64,000 bases of DNA from Phoronis australis (lineage: Eukaryota; Animalia; Phoronida), in NCBI GenBank assembly GCA_002633005.1, contig NMRA01000119.1, positions 1-64,000 of the forward strand, read 5' to 3'. This document shows, in pieces, positions 1-14,000 of the stretch. Numbering within the stretch: position 1 is the first letter of the stretch; each line of letters starts with the position of its first letter. The notes under the pieces were generated by a model, which was given only the letters and a program-made list of their open reading frames with translations, ran no database searches and was not told the DNA's origin. A program made the position numbers and the translations under genes.

Positions 1-553
1 ACAGCTGAATTTGGTTTTAAATCTTGCTACCTTTCAAAATATTTGTAGATGGTAACAATTGATTTAATGATTGGAAATATTTTCGAAGGCAAAAGGCCAC
101 GTCAATATTCTCTAAATGTCATCGTCATGGTCTTTCTGCCTATGCCCATCTTGCAAAGTCTTGTTTTTTATTATTATTTTTTGTACTTACGTCATAATAC
201 ATGACATTACTGGACAACCCGCGGGTGTTTTCGGGGTTACGGAACGCACTCTTGGCAGATGCACCTTTTAGTATCGCTGAAGCAACATCGTCGTCGAAGG
301 TGCTCATCTTTTACCCATGGAACCAAGGTAATCAATGCCGCATGTCCGATTTTATGGGTCAAAAATTAATATCACTCCGGCAACAAGGGATTTTTGACTG
401 CGTCCGGCAACCGTATCTTCTATTTTGGCAAATCTTCGCTTATTTAGCACAGAAAGAAACCATGCAATTTTATTTCGCGAATAAAATTACGAAAGGTCTA
501 CGTCGGTCAGTGGCGGTATTGCCATGATTTTATTACTCTGGTTCATTGTACAG

Positions 554-683
554 GCTGGGTTGCATAAAACTTATCTGCTGAGTGTCCCGTGACATCAAGT
601 ACACTCTTCAACAATAGCAACGTGACGCGTGATGATGCGGTGTCCATTGTTGTTATCCAAGATTAAGTTTTTGCAATCCGTCC
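554..683. mobile_element. Short MITE, PIF/Harbinger-like
   Basis: Imperfect TIRs (ggttgcataaaacttatc / gattaagtttttgcaatc) flanked by CAG...CAG. Confidence 0.5.
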
Positions 684-1767
684 CAGCTGCCTAAGTACCG
701 TACACTCGCAAACTTTAATTTGTTTTAGTCGGTGACAATTTTTGCAACTGATTTTTGCGAAATAACAGATGAACAACCATTTCGGTTGTCTTCAAGACAT
801 TCGTTAAACGACAATTAATTTCACAACGGTTTTAGGTAAAGTTTATCGAAACAGACATTTGCACGAAGGAGATATGTACAAAGAAAGTTTGGTTTGGGGG
901 CTGATCCATTTACCGGCTAATCTGTTAAAAGGGTTTTAGGCTAAAGACTTGCTTGAGATAGTGTGATTGGTGGTAGTTGCGTTGTGTGAGGTGCCTTGCC
1001 GAAAGTCTACACAACTTTAGAACTAGTTGGCTGAACAGACCCACTCTAAAGTGTTCAACAGGTGTGCAGATTTCGATCCCTTTCCGCTAAACTGCGCATC
1101 CTGCAGGCGGTTTACAGATCTGAAAGAAGCCAATTGGTACATAACATCAAAGCTACTAAACCTACACAGAGAAGTCAACGTAATGTTGCAGACGTCTGAA
1201 CGTCTGATATTGTCGCCACTGGTGTCTAACCCGCATTACTCATGCCGAATTCGTGAAAAGACCCAGTACACAGATCCCGGCCCACACCGTAGGTGTAGTT
1301 CTAAGACTTGTCTTCCTCACCTGCCGACATCTTCATATGACTCGTTGGTGACTAGAACAGGGATGCCATTAGCAACATTTCTGCACACCACATGCTGTTA
1401 GTGTTGTTATTATCCGAACATAACCCGTGTACAACAAATCGTTTCGTCATTACGCAGCACGAATTGCCCTAACAGACGAAACCAGAGGTGTGCAGCGGGG
1501 AAACTTTGAAGTTATTGTTAAAGACATATCTGTTTAGACATGTAACCAAACACTGAATTTGAATGCATATATGTAACTAGTTTTAACGTAATTGTATTGT
1601 TTTTGAAATTGATATATGTAAGTTTATTGGTTAAACGGCATGGTCAGAAGTTCATTGACTGATGGGTTTGCAAATAACGCTTTCGTCCGCAAGAATACCC
1701 TACATATTGATGAGGTAATCTAAGGAGAGGTTGCAGTCAGTAGGCGGGATTCTCACCTGAAGTCCGA

Positions 1768-2038
1768 ATGGGTAGCGAAAATTTTGAATTGTCTGATATT
1801 TCCAGCGGTACTGAACTAATGGGTTCCGGCAAGCAATCCGGTGGCTGCCACGTTAGTATCGCCATCGGGTTCGTCTTGGCACTTTTGGCAATTGCCATTG
1901 CTGTGGGAGTGGGAATAGTTGTTCACTTCGCCGGAGGCGGCTCGCCCTGTGTATGCAAGTGTGCTGCGCTACAGGCGCCTGTGTTAGGTGCTCTACGGGG
2001 CAAAGAGCCTTCACCCAGAGTGGATCCTTGCGTTAACT
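1768..2038 (+). CDS. APN-like exon 1 (cytoplasmic tail, TM anchor, Cys-containing stalk start)
   Basis: ATG at 1768; hydrophobic [24 protein letters not shown]; donor gtaagt at 2039, phase 1. Confidence 0.85.
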
Positions 2039-5000
2039 GTAAGTATATTATTCATCATCATTTCTAAAATTAGCATCTCGTCTACATATATTGGCACGAC
2101 GTTTCGGTTGGTCATTTTCAGACCATCTTCGGGTGTTACTGACAGCGTCCTCAGAAAAATGAGCGCGGGTACCATGGGTATAATCATGGTGGTCTATGCT
2201 TAGCACTTTTTGGGATTGCATTTTTTCTTGATACACAGTGGGATTTGAACTGGGACAAGCCGGTTGTCAGTCCAGCACTCCAACTATAGCCGAGGGAATT
2301 TTGTTATCTTCCGTCCATGTTGCCTTAAGAGGAGTTGTCAGGTGGCGCTTGTCCGATTGCTTTGCTGACTACTTTTATCGTGCAGCTTCATACGCATGCT
2401 TGTGGGGACCATTCTTCACCCATGTTGGTTCTGGCAACGAGCAGGGACATGTACGTCATTGATGACAGTAATGCCGAATCCCAAGTCTTCCCCCGGGTTA
2501 TGACAGCTTATGGCCATGCCATGACTGTCTCTCACTCGGTATAAAATTTTCATCGAAAATTTAAATTATCACCACTGCCTGTGAGTGACTCCGATAATCA
2601 TCCGAGTGTCGGTCACTATGACCATTTTTTGCCTTAGTCAAACTCTTCGGAACTGCATCGGAAGCTCTAAGTGGCTGAGGCGTTATGGGAGCTTTGAGTC
2701 GACAATTCTGTCGATAGACCAAACGTGACTATGACAAATGATTGTTCTATCAGTTACTAAGGAAGGATCGTCGTGATTTGTTAATGGCTCCTATCAATTA
2801 AAGTTGTGGTCGGCAGGCCAATGGAGAGGATAACGCTAACTGACCTTCAGTTCGCCACAAATAAACTGTAAAAACAAAAATGCGCTTACATTTTGAAAGA
2901 CGTATACAAAACATACCGAGATTGGCGTACATGAAGTTATATTCCACGAGACATTATTCCGCGTATCGACCCACACAGTTCCCATGGCGGATCACATCAT
3001 AGTATATGTATGTACTTGCGCGTTAGGTTGCAAGTTTTCTCTAATAAAAGAAACAGTTTTAAATGTAACGATTTATTTCTTGAAAAGAGGTAGCAAAGAT
3101 GAAAACTACGGCAACTGAGCAGTGAACTTGTAACATCTCCTGGAAATAGTTAAAAAACAACAATTTTTGATATTTTAATTTCCTAGGAATTGGCGCCTGA
3201 GTTGCAGACGATATAGTATTCAGCAATTGAAAACTGAGAGAAAGTGTCTTATAATTAACAGTTTTGTTCCAGATTTTACGTTTAGGGCCTGGTTGCATGT
3301 CGAGTGTTAGTTACACTGCTGCATCTGTATTACTTTAAACTATATTAGGAAAGTTTGATGATCGAACCAGCTGAAGATGTTGAGTCGACATTGGCCTACC
3401 TTTTGAACTTTCCATGTCAGAGGTCGCTGTTGAAGTAGTGCGGGAGGTGAATACGGAAAACTTTATTACATGGCCATATTTCCCTCGACAGATTCAACGC
3501 GCGTGGGATAAAATATGGGAATAAAACGAAACAATAACGACCATAGATATTTGATAACATTTCTAATGGCAATGAACAACAAAATAAAAACATTTTTTTC
3601 AGAATGAAATTTGAAGTTGACGTTTAATTATATCCACACGTGAATTTAATGCTGTCAAAGCACTTCGACTTGAACCCAAGTATTGTATATATGTTTAAGT
3701 TCTAAGTACATAACCTACTGAAACCTATGATGGACCTGAGTCGCGATGAGAAGGACGTTTTTAAATGGGTAAGCCTATAGCTCGACTTGAACGTAGACCC
3801 CATGTTGTACTCAACTATATTTTGAAGGGGGTTGTCGCTAAAAATTAGAACACTCGTTAGATACTATGCTTTATGCACTGTCTTAGAAATGCTTAAAAAT
3901 TTTCACTTTTCCTGGAGGTGCCATCAAAACAGGACTTCTATGACTTCCATCGGCATAAAACGAAAGCGAAATGATATTTTTTGTATTTGACATCTCACCT
4001 TGAACGTTTATATCAAATATAATTTATTGATTTTGTTGTTTTGTTATCATTGTTGCTAAGTTTTACTCAAAAGACGAGGTCACATGACCCAGGTTGCTAA
4101 GAAGACAAAAATCATATTCTACACGCTTTCTATTTTCCGAAAATATATTACATTTTACGGAGTAAAAATCTTCAGTGTTTTCGATATGTTGCTAATTGCA
4201 CACACTTGTTAATAAGGAATAAGGTTCTACATAAGCTTAAAGAGAGAATTTGAAACAGAGACGTATTTGGATGGAGCCTCCATAAAAAACACCCTTCTAT
4301 AGCGTTGTGTTCTAAAAACACAGACCTTTTGTAAGGATAAATCTCAACCCCATCAAAGTGATTCGAGGAGAAAAGGCTTTGTTGTCAAAATGAGCCCATT
4401 TTGAGACCTAAATTTTGAAAATATAAAAAACATCTAATACCTTTCTGTTGTACAGTTGGGAAGGAGTTTCGAACTCCCAAAGCGATTTTTACGGCAGAAG
4501 AGTGGCCCGTAAGGAAACTTATGAAATAACCGTACACCCATTCTAGGAGTATTCCCCGGGACTAGACCCTAAAACAAACAAAAATTATACGCATTTCTGC
4601 GGCAAGGGCGAATTCGTTAAGAAGGGTCAACAGTGCTGGTCCAGGGTTGTGTTCACCGGTAACGCAAGTTTATTTCAAGGTCGTCAATGTCACACAAAAA
4701 CCTTTGGGAGACATTCAAGTTCACGCAACACTCACTTCCGCTTAATCTTGAGATCAAGCAGGATTCCAAGTTCACTTACAGCACGAGTGCTGTGCCTGAT
4801 GAGGTCCCGAGATGTGGGGCCAACAGGTGGCGCGCTGACCAGACTAAAAATGTTTGCGATGTTTCATTCCGATAGTGTTCTTGAAGGCCAAAATCTAGGT
4901 CAAGAAATTGTTAATATTGGGTGGAAAGTAAAATTTAACATGAAGCATTATCGGTATCGCTCAACTATTACAGACAGAGCTATTAAATTTTGATTTTTTT

Positions 5001-8000
5001 AATTGTACCGCACTGCACATTTACATTTAGGCTATCATTGACTCCCATTTAGACCGTCCATAAGGGCCCTTCAAGACTTGCAATTAGTGTTATATTGGCC
5101 ACCATATACTAAAGTTGAATCTGGTTAACCTGCTTACACTATACGTTCTCAAAATGAAAGTGAGTCCTGTTTTGGCGATTTCACTCCTAAGGTTGATTCT
5201 CCACTAAAATGCGCAATTCAGAAAAACGTGCATAGAAAAAGAATTAAATTGTCCAAAAACATCTCATCGTTTTTTCGAACTCAAGTGTACTAATCGATGC
5301 AATCACGAAAAATATTGTTTTGACTCGGATATTATTTACAATACANNNNNNNNNNNNNNNNNNNNNNNNNNNNNNNNNNNNNNNNNNNNNNNNNNNNNNN
5401 NNNNNNNNNNNNNNNNNNNNNNNNNNNNNNNNNNNNNNNNNNNNNNNNNNNNNNNNNNNNNNNNNNNNNNNNNNNNNNNNNNNNNNNNNNNNNNNNNNNN
5501 NNNNNNNNNNNNNNNNNNNNNNNNNNNNNNNNNNNNNNNNNNNNNNNNNNNNNNNNNNNNNNNNNNNNNNNNNNNNNNNNNNNNNNNNNNNNNNNNNNNN
5601 NNNNNNNNNNNNNNNNNNNNNNNNNNNNNNNNNNNNNNNNNNNNNNNNNNNNNNNNNNNNNNNNNNNNNNNNNNNNNNNNNNNNNNNNNNNNNNNNNNNN
5701 NNNNNNNNNNNNNNNNNNNNNNNNNNNNNNNNNNNNNNNNNNNNNNNNNNNNNNNNNNNNNNNNNNNNNNNNNNNNNNNNNNNNNNNNNNNNNNNNNNNN
5801 NNNNNNNNNNNNNNNNNNNNNNNNNNNNNNNNNNNNNNNNNNNNNNNNNNNNNNNNNNNNNNNNNNNNNNNNNNNNNNNNNNNNNNNNNNNNNNNNNNNN
5901 NNNNNNNNNNNNNNNNNNNNNNNNNNNNNNNTGTTGGCGGTTTTTACTGAGCGTTCTGTTTCAAAATGAATTATTCTTACCTAACCAATATTAAACTGAA
6001 ACAAAGTCTGTCTCATTAGATGCAATTTGTAATGCCTTTGGAGTGTTCGTGAGTGCAAAAGATTTGAGAAGCCAGCAATGAATAAGTCACTGCGTTACCG
6101 GCTTTAGGTGCAATAAAACTAATTGACGGGACACCGAGGCCGCGTGAGCACAGCTAATTTAGTGTTTGATGGCAGAAACTGTTGTGAAACAACTCGATTT
6201 CCATCCCACGGCCAGGTGTTCGGGGAATCTTTATTTACATTTACATTACTCAAATAATGATTGCCAATGCACAATTTCTGCCCTGACGGTGCTGTGGCCA
6301 AAGCGGAACCTGAATTCGCGGCACCCGACGAGTAAGTAGATTTGCGGTTTCGTGGTAATTCACCAACATAATCACGTGCACATTACTTTGGCTAACTAGT
6401 ATAGTATTTTCTTGACTGGAAGTTTAGTTTCCACTGAACTTTGGCTAGTTTATGTTTCGTGATGTCTGATCAGTTTCCAAGCCACTGGCCCGCTCGGGAA
6501 AACGAGTCAATCCGGCCGGCCGCGACGGGCCTATCGGGCTCCGAACCACTGGCCAGGATAACAAGCGTTTTGTGTTTAGAACTCAAAAAATCACAAGTCT
6601 AAACAACACAGATCTAGATTCTCCTGTCTGTATCTCAAGGAAAATACTTCGAAATTATCTCCGAACAGACCCCAAACTCCTGTTACGGACCTTCTTGGCC
6701 TGCCGAACTTTGTAGGCTACGGTGTGTCCAAATACCAATAAATCCGTAAGAGCGAAATATAACAACACGTTTTTATAAGAAATCGGTGTATTTTTAAAGG
6801 TTTTACATAGAAATTTGATGATTTAATGGTGTTAAACGATGACTTCAAGCGATAAGCTGACACCAGTAACCCGTGTTGTGAACTGCTGAACGGACTGCGT
6901 GTGAAACCGATGACGTCATTGGATAATTTCAACACCTCCGTCTGCCGTCAGGTGTCAGGTAACGCAACCGTACGTGTCGTTATGGAGTAGAACTCGATCT
7001 AAATTGATTCAAATTAGGTTGTTTTTTGGGTGGCATGCTTCTTTAAAGTTCCAATAATCCAGCGCTATCTGTCGATCATCAACACTCCAGCAGGCGAACT
7101 TTTGATTTAGATCACTCACCCTACCGCTATAAAATAGGTTTCTTTCTCAGATGAGAAGTGATATCTTGTGTTGCTAAGACAACTGCCAGTTGCTTCTTTG
7201 TCTGAGATCATCATGTTCGGCGTATAAAATAAAACGCCGCGACATGCCACATTGCAGAGTCCTCGATTCAATCAATAAAGAACGGTAAGTTCCCAGTTTC
7301 GAAGCCAGGAGTCACCTCCAATTTGACAAAGGACCAATTTGAGACCAATTTCATAACGGTATATGGTATTAGCCAAAGGCTGTTTTTGTGATTGGAGGCT
7401 GGTTTATTGCCTCTTTAACATTTTGTGAGAGCCAGAGATCACGTGACTAGCATAATTAACTATTTTCAATGACCCTCGTTACAATTCGACAGATACTATG
7501 CCACAAAAGACTGTCTCGGCTTCATTGTAGTTAATAACTTCATAGATCACAATTTTAACGCAAAGTTTCAAGATCTATTCCCAAATGATTGTATTCCAAC
7601 TTACTCCATTTTTCACAAGCTTTTCGGTGGGCGTTCTAGCAAAATAACAGGGAACTCCACTTTCATGAACTTGATTTTGAAAATGCAGATGAGGTCGTAA
7701 TTTGTGAAATGTTCCCGATCTGGCGATATCTTTCAATGTGTGACACTCTTTTCGTGTTTTAAGCTCGTGAAAGTACGAGAATATTTCAGTCCTCGGTGAG
7801 TGGATTTCTCTAAAAACTAATGAGCTACACTTGTAGTTTGAACTCCAGTTCAATTCAGTGTCACTAATTCAAAGGTGGCGGAACCACCACGGGCCGGCTT
7901 ATCCTTTTCACAATATCAGTACGTCATGAACACAATCGTTGTTCGCTTTGCACATCTTTATGTTTTAATGTTGTTTCTTTAAGGCCCATGTTCAACTGTT

Positions 8001-11000
8001 AAGCCTACAGCATCGGTCTCAACCCGTTCGGCATCATCTACCACAAGCGTGCCATCCTCTACCACAAGCGCGCCATCCTCTACCACAAACGCGCCAAATG
8101 TTAGGAATGTCCGTCTTCAAACCGACTTAGATCCTGTTCATTATTTGGTGGAGTTGCAGCCAAACATGTATGAAGGAGATCCCAAAGACTTTACGTTCAA
8201 TGGTAGAGTGGAGATCGATTTGCTTTGTGTTTCCCCCACCCGTGTGGTTAAGGTCCATATCAATAAGCTCAACGTAACAAACTTCAGTTTCGAAGAAAAA
8301 GGAGGAAACCTTATTACGACTGACGATTATACTGAGGATAAGGAACGTCAATTTTTTGTCTTGCCACTGAGAACTGCTCTAGAGACAGGGAAAACATACG
8401 TTTTGAAGATAGGCTTTGTTGGTTGGTTAGCAGACGATCTCGCCGGTATCTATCGGAGCTCATACTACGATAAAGAGCGCAAAAAAACAATGTAGGTACT
8501 ACTTAAAGCTGGGATAACGAGCGTCGTTTGTTGTAGTGTCTAAGAATTAGCTCTAAACCTTCAACATCTGAAAGTCCATTCATCAGGTCCTAAGCAACAG
8601 GACTAATACCAATGATATTCTTTTGAAATGTGCCTTTTTCATTTCATACATATTGCAACTAGTTTTTTGGCACCTACATTCGCTCGTAAAGTTTTTCCTT
8701 GTTTTGACGAACCGGCATTCAAATCTAAGTTCAAAATGACCCTCGTGAGAAAGCAACGATGGTTAGCCTATCAAATATGCCCCGGCTCGTCGAAACAAAT
8801 AGGTGAGCCTTGATCATGTGTTCTGTNNNNNNNNNNNNNNNNNNNNNNNNNNNNNNNNNNNNNNNNNNNNNNNNNNNNNNNNNNNNNNNNNNNNNNNNNN
8901 NNNNNNNNNNNNNNNNNNNNNNNNNNNNNNNNNNNNNNNNNNNNNNNNNNNNNNNNNNNNNNNNNNNNNNNNNNNNNNNNNNNNNNNNNNNNNNNNNNNN
9001 NNNNNNNNNNNNNNNNNNNNNNNNNNNNNNNNNNNNNNNNNNNNNNNNNNNNNNNNNNNNNNNNNNNNNNNNNNNNNNNNNNNNNNNNNNNNNNNNNNNN
9101 NNNNNNNNNNNNNNNNNNNNNNNNNNNNNNNNNNNNNNNNNNNNNNNNNNNNNNNNNNNNNNNNNNNNNNNNNNNNNNNNNNNNNNNNNNNNNNNNNNNN
9201 NNNNNNNNNNNNNNNNNNNNNNNNNNNNNNNNNNNNNNNNNNNNNNNNNNNNNNNNNNNNNNNNNNNNNNNNNNNNNNNNNNNNNNNNNNNNNNNNNNNN
9301 NNNNNNNNNNNNNNNNNNNNNNNNNNNNNNNNNNNNNNNNNNNNNNNNNNNNNNNNNNNNNNNNNNNNNNNNNNNNNNNNNNNNNNNNNNNNNNNNNNNN
9401 NNNNNNNNNNNNNNNNNNNNNNNNNNNNNNNNNNNNNNNNNNNNNNNNNNNNNNNNNNNNNNNNNNNNNNNNNNNNNNNNNNNNNNNNNNNNNNNNNNNN
9501 NNNNNNNNNNNNNNNNNNNNNNNNNNNNNNNNNNNNNNNNNNNNNNNNNNNNNNNNNNNNNNNNNNNNNNNNNNNNNNNNNNNNNNNNNNNNNNNNNNNN
9601 NNNNNNNNNNNNNNNNNNNNNNNNNNNNNNNNNNNTCACCTCCCACCACCCATTACCACAACCCACCACGACTGCCCCGCCACCATCACTCTCCATCACC
9701 ATCCATCACCACCATCCTACATTGCCATCACTCAAAATGCGTCCCCGCGGTGAAATAGACATTGCTTCCGAAATACAACTGATCATCAACTACACAAATT
9801 GTAATGTTCAGAGTCATCTTCTGCTGCCGCTTTGTTGTAGAGGAAATGGCTGGATAGCTGACCATTACAAAACTACGGTGAAAATGTCAACCTATCTCCT
9901 TGCATTCATCGTCTGTGATTTTGTTGCTGTAGAGAAAAGCACTACCACGGGAACAACAGTAAGTAACTAGTCTAATAACAGCGTCACTGTTTTACGATTG
10001 CCAACAGCGTATAGTAAGGATAACGTTTTGCTCTGTTCAAAATTGAAAGGCATACAGGAACACAACTGCATACAACGAGTGGTCATTAACATAGTTAAAG
10101 TTACAGGAATGATTATTCGAATGTCTTCAAAAGGAAACGATCTGTCGTCGGGCCATAAATACGCATTTTGGGATCATTTTGGTTAGGATAGACTTACCGC
10201 TCCCCTGTACCAGGGTCTAATCTTTTTAATCGAAATCAAACTAGAAATTCTTAATGACATTTTTAAGTTAATGTATTTTTTCGAATTGAAGGTAGGTGTC
10301 TATTATTCTGTACCTGATTACGTCACGATTTACAGAGCTGAGTGACCATTAAATTCGAACTAAAAACTAGAAATTTTGAGTAAAATCTGTAGATTTCGAG
10401 TTCAGACTCGAATTTATAGATTTAATGCTGGGGTCATCAAGTGCAGTTATCTACGGGTAAATAATAATGTGTGCAAACTCCGGTGGCGGTTCTAGGATAT
10501 CATAAGGGGGCCATCATTTTGTCTGTAAACATTTGCGCAAAGCACGATTGTAGATGCGCATAGCACCGAATGGGGGAGGTCTGTTAGTAAAGCATAGAAA
10601 TGCCATCGCAGAGGTCGGGGGTTTGAATCTGTTTCGAAGCTTATTTCAAATACATATCATCTTGATAATGTCACTTTAACAACACGAATGTGTTATATTT
10701 TGTACAGGTTCGAGTGTGGGCCAGGCCTGAAGCAATAAACCAAACAGCTTACGCATTGAATGCGGGAGTCAAAATTTTAGAACACTTTGAAGAATACTTT
10801 AAAATACCGTACCCGCTTCCAAAACAGGGTAAGATGACAATTGTTTTGATGAAGAGAAGTCGTGCCTAAGTAGAAGATGTGTTTTCACAACACTTTGTTA
10901 GCTCAAAAACGCCAAGAAAATGGTTGCAGTGACACTGTCGATTGTGTTTAATGGGAGGACCTTTTGTTACCAAAGTAGACCAAAGAATTAAAGCCAAACG

Positions 11001-14000
11001 TTTCTCACCCACTCACTTTCCAATGCTGAGAAAAAACTTCGTGCATGACAACAGTGCATCCCAAAGACTGCGCTTTGAGATTCTGCTTTTGCAAAACGTT
11101 CACATTTTTTCTGATATCCGGAAGAGAGACGTAGCACAGACACGTTAAAGAGGCCCAGACGGCTATGAACAGCAATATTGAAAGGGGTTCTCTGCTACTG
11201 AAACAGAATACAACCAGCTCACCAGGTATTTTTAGGGTTCGTTCGTAAAGATTTTAAATTTTTGTTGATATCAAAACATTCCCCTTTAGTTTCAAATTTC
11301 AAGAAAAACGATCAATCAACTGCTCACCACTTTGTCGATTTTTCTACCACAAGGCATGGTATGGCAAGACATAGACTAGCACAATTCCCTGATATAGAAA
11401 ATGTTGCCTTTGTCCTCAAGCGACTTCAAGCAACTAACTGTGAGCGCATGCGCGCATTTATCATAAATGGGAGGGAGATTAGAAACTTTGTGGTAACCAA
11501 ATAGTATTTCAAAAATCATGAATTTTGCAATTTTGTTCTGGAATTTTTTTCGCAGGTGAAGGTGAATTACTCTGTACTAGACGTTGCGAAATGGTACTTA
11601 CGTCAGGTTGTTTAAAAGATATTTTTGGCGAGCTTTCGCGTTCAATGCCTCTTTAAAGCGTAAATTTACCGAAACGAAATTGTGTTACGTTCAGTGCCCT
11701 AAATGTCACTGAAGAACAAATTTGATTCCTTTGCTTTCAGATATGATTGCCATACCAGATTTTTCTGCCGGAGCTATGGAGAATTGGGGCCTAATAACCT
11801 ACCGAGAGACAGCGATGTTGTATGATCCCAAAGTTTCGTCTGCTACGAACAAACAACATGTTGCTGTTGTGGTCGCACACGAACTTGCTCATCAGGTACA
11901 GTGCTTGGAAGCTCGATTCGGCATATTGCCACTAAATCATGACGCACCCATGTACTGTTTTAATGATATAAAGCAACGATAAACTGCCAATTTTTTTGAA
12001 GTCTTAAAACTGTCTTCAGCTACTATATGACATGGTCGGCACACCATAAGCAATGGATGAGGGTTCATAGGCGCTTCTATATAGTGAGGGCTCTTTGTAC
12101 AGCCGATAAAACTACAAAGAAGTAGTTCTGCAAACTGTTTTTCGAATACCTTTAACTTTTGCGTTGCTTATGGAATAATTATCCGACGGATCACGGTACA
12201 ATTTGCATTTTACGCCAAAATTGTTATTTTGGCTTCATGAATGTTGTTTCACAGACAACAACAATGTGAAAACAAAATTATTAAGTTCCCACGAAATCAA
12301 GGTTTTATCGTTGATTTTAACAGTATTTTTAACTTTGCCATTGTGGTTTCTTGAAAACACTTGACTTCTTTAGCGACCACGAAACAAGTAACTACTAAAG
12401 AAGAACAATTCTTGACTCCCGCCTAAAATGTGATTGGCCTAAAGCTATATGATCAAGATCAATTTCACTGACTGCAGCTCCTAATCAGGGATGCATTCTG
12501 TAGGTCCAACACATTCGGTGAGTATCTTCGGTCATGGAACGCCGAAACGACTGTTTCTATCTCATAACTCAACATTCCTAGCCCACCGATCATAACTTAA
12601 GCTGCTATTTTGCTATGGTATACGCTAAAAAATCCCAGCTTCTTTCGTATAAAAGTCTCGCTTGCGGCATCTTGGTCTTTAGCGGGATTTTTGAGTCTGC
12701 TGAACACATTACTCCAAGGCTGCAAAAGAAAGGAGAGTGCTTCGCGAGTGTGCTTGTCAGCGTACCTTAGCAAAATAGCAGCCATTAGATGTGATTGATA
12801 GGTGAAGTTTGAAAGTTAAATTATGAGATCGAATTCACTGCTTTCGTTCTCGCTGCAAGTGCTTCGCGGTGTGTTGGGTCTACGGAACGGGCCCCAAAAC
12901 TTGTAACTTTCTTCACTCTAATCAAAAGCCGTAAAAAAGTGAAATTCACAAGATATATCCATTTTTCCTATAGTTATTTATTGATAAAGTGACGTATCCG
13001 TAATATAAAGTCATAAACCTATTTGCAGTTGTAGCCAGCTCTTTTATTGTGTTTTTTTTCGTTTAAATGGTCCGTAAATGGCGAAATAGGTGAGCCGAGA
13101 AAAATTACTAAAACATTACATTATTTGTTGGTGAGTTTTGATGAATATATGTGTCGTCGTAACGAGAAAGAAACTTTCCACTAGTCTAGAGTACATTAGT
13201 TTTTGAAAATATAAAAGGTCACGATCAAGAGATGAATGTTTGCCTAGTGACCCGGAATTGGAGTCAACAACTATGAACTCCAGCGAAATTATACCATCTG
13301 GAACAATTATGGCTGCCTGCTTCAAGACGAACGTTTTTTGTGCTCTATTCAAAACTCTCTGTCTCAAATGAACATGGGAAGAAAAGTCTTGCATAACACT
13401 TTCAAACTCATGGCAAACGCAGTCTCTTGAAATTTGTTTGCTGTATGATGTTTAGATCACACCGTAACATATACATATGTATATCAACATAATTATGCTT
13501 ACACGTTATACAATAATACACGCACCTATATGTGTGCGTTTTCACTTGTATAAGTAGGCTCAATGTATTTTAATTAATACTTATTTATCTTTGTCGCTAC
13601 ACATTATTTCTACGAATCATATCATGCTCTATCTCCATCAGCAATTTGTATGATAAATATTATTGCAAAATGTGCATTGCTAATGAGTTTCTTCTTCTAA
13701 AAGCATTATGTTTTGTTTTTGTTTCTAAAATTGAATTGACTTGCAGGTACATGTATCTGGTATTGGCATTTGTTTTCATTTCAGTGGTTTGGAAACTTGG
13801 TGACTCCCAGTTGGTGGGACGACTTATGGTTGAATGAGGGCTTTGCAACTTACATGCAGTATCTTGGAACCAACTTCCTGGAGCCTACTTGGGACATGGT
13901 TTGAATCTTTTGGTTCTTTTTTTGTTGTTCCTGCCAAAGAATTGCGTTTTTAAAAGCACGAATATCTAAATAGTATGCGTGTACATCCTAAAAGCAACTG

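Noticed and set aside
201-1401. ORFs of 108 aa (201-527) and 124 aa (1027-1401)
   Set aside because: No recognisable motifs or splice-supported links; lengths are compatible with chance.
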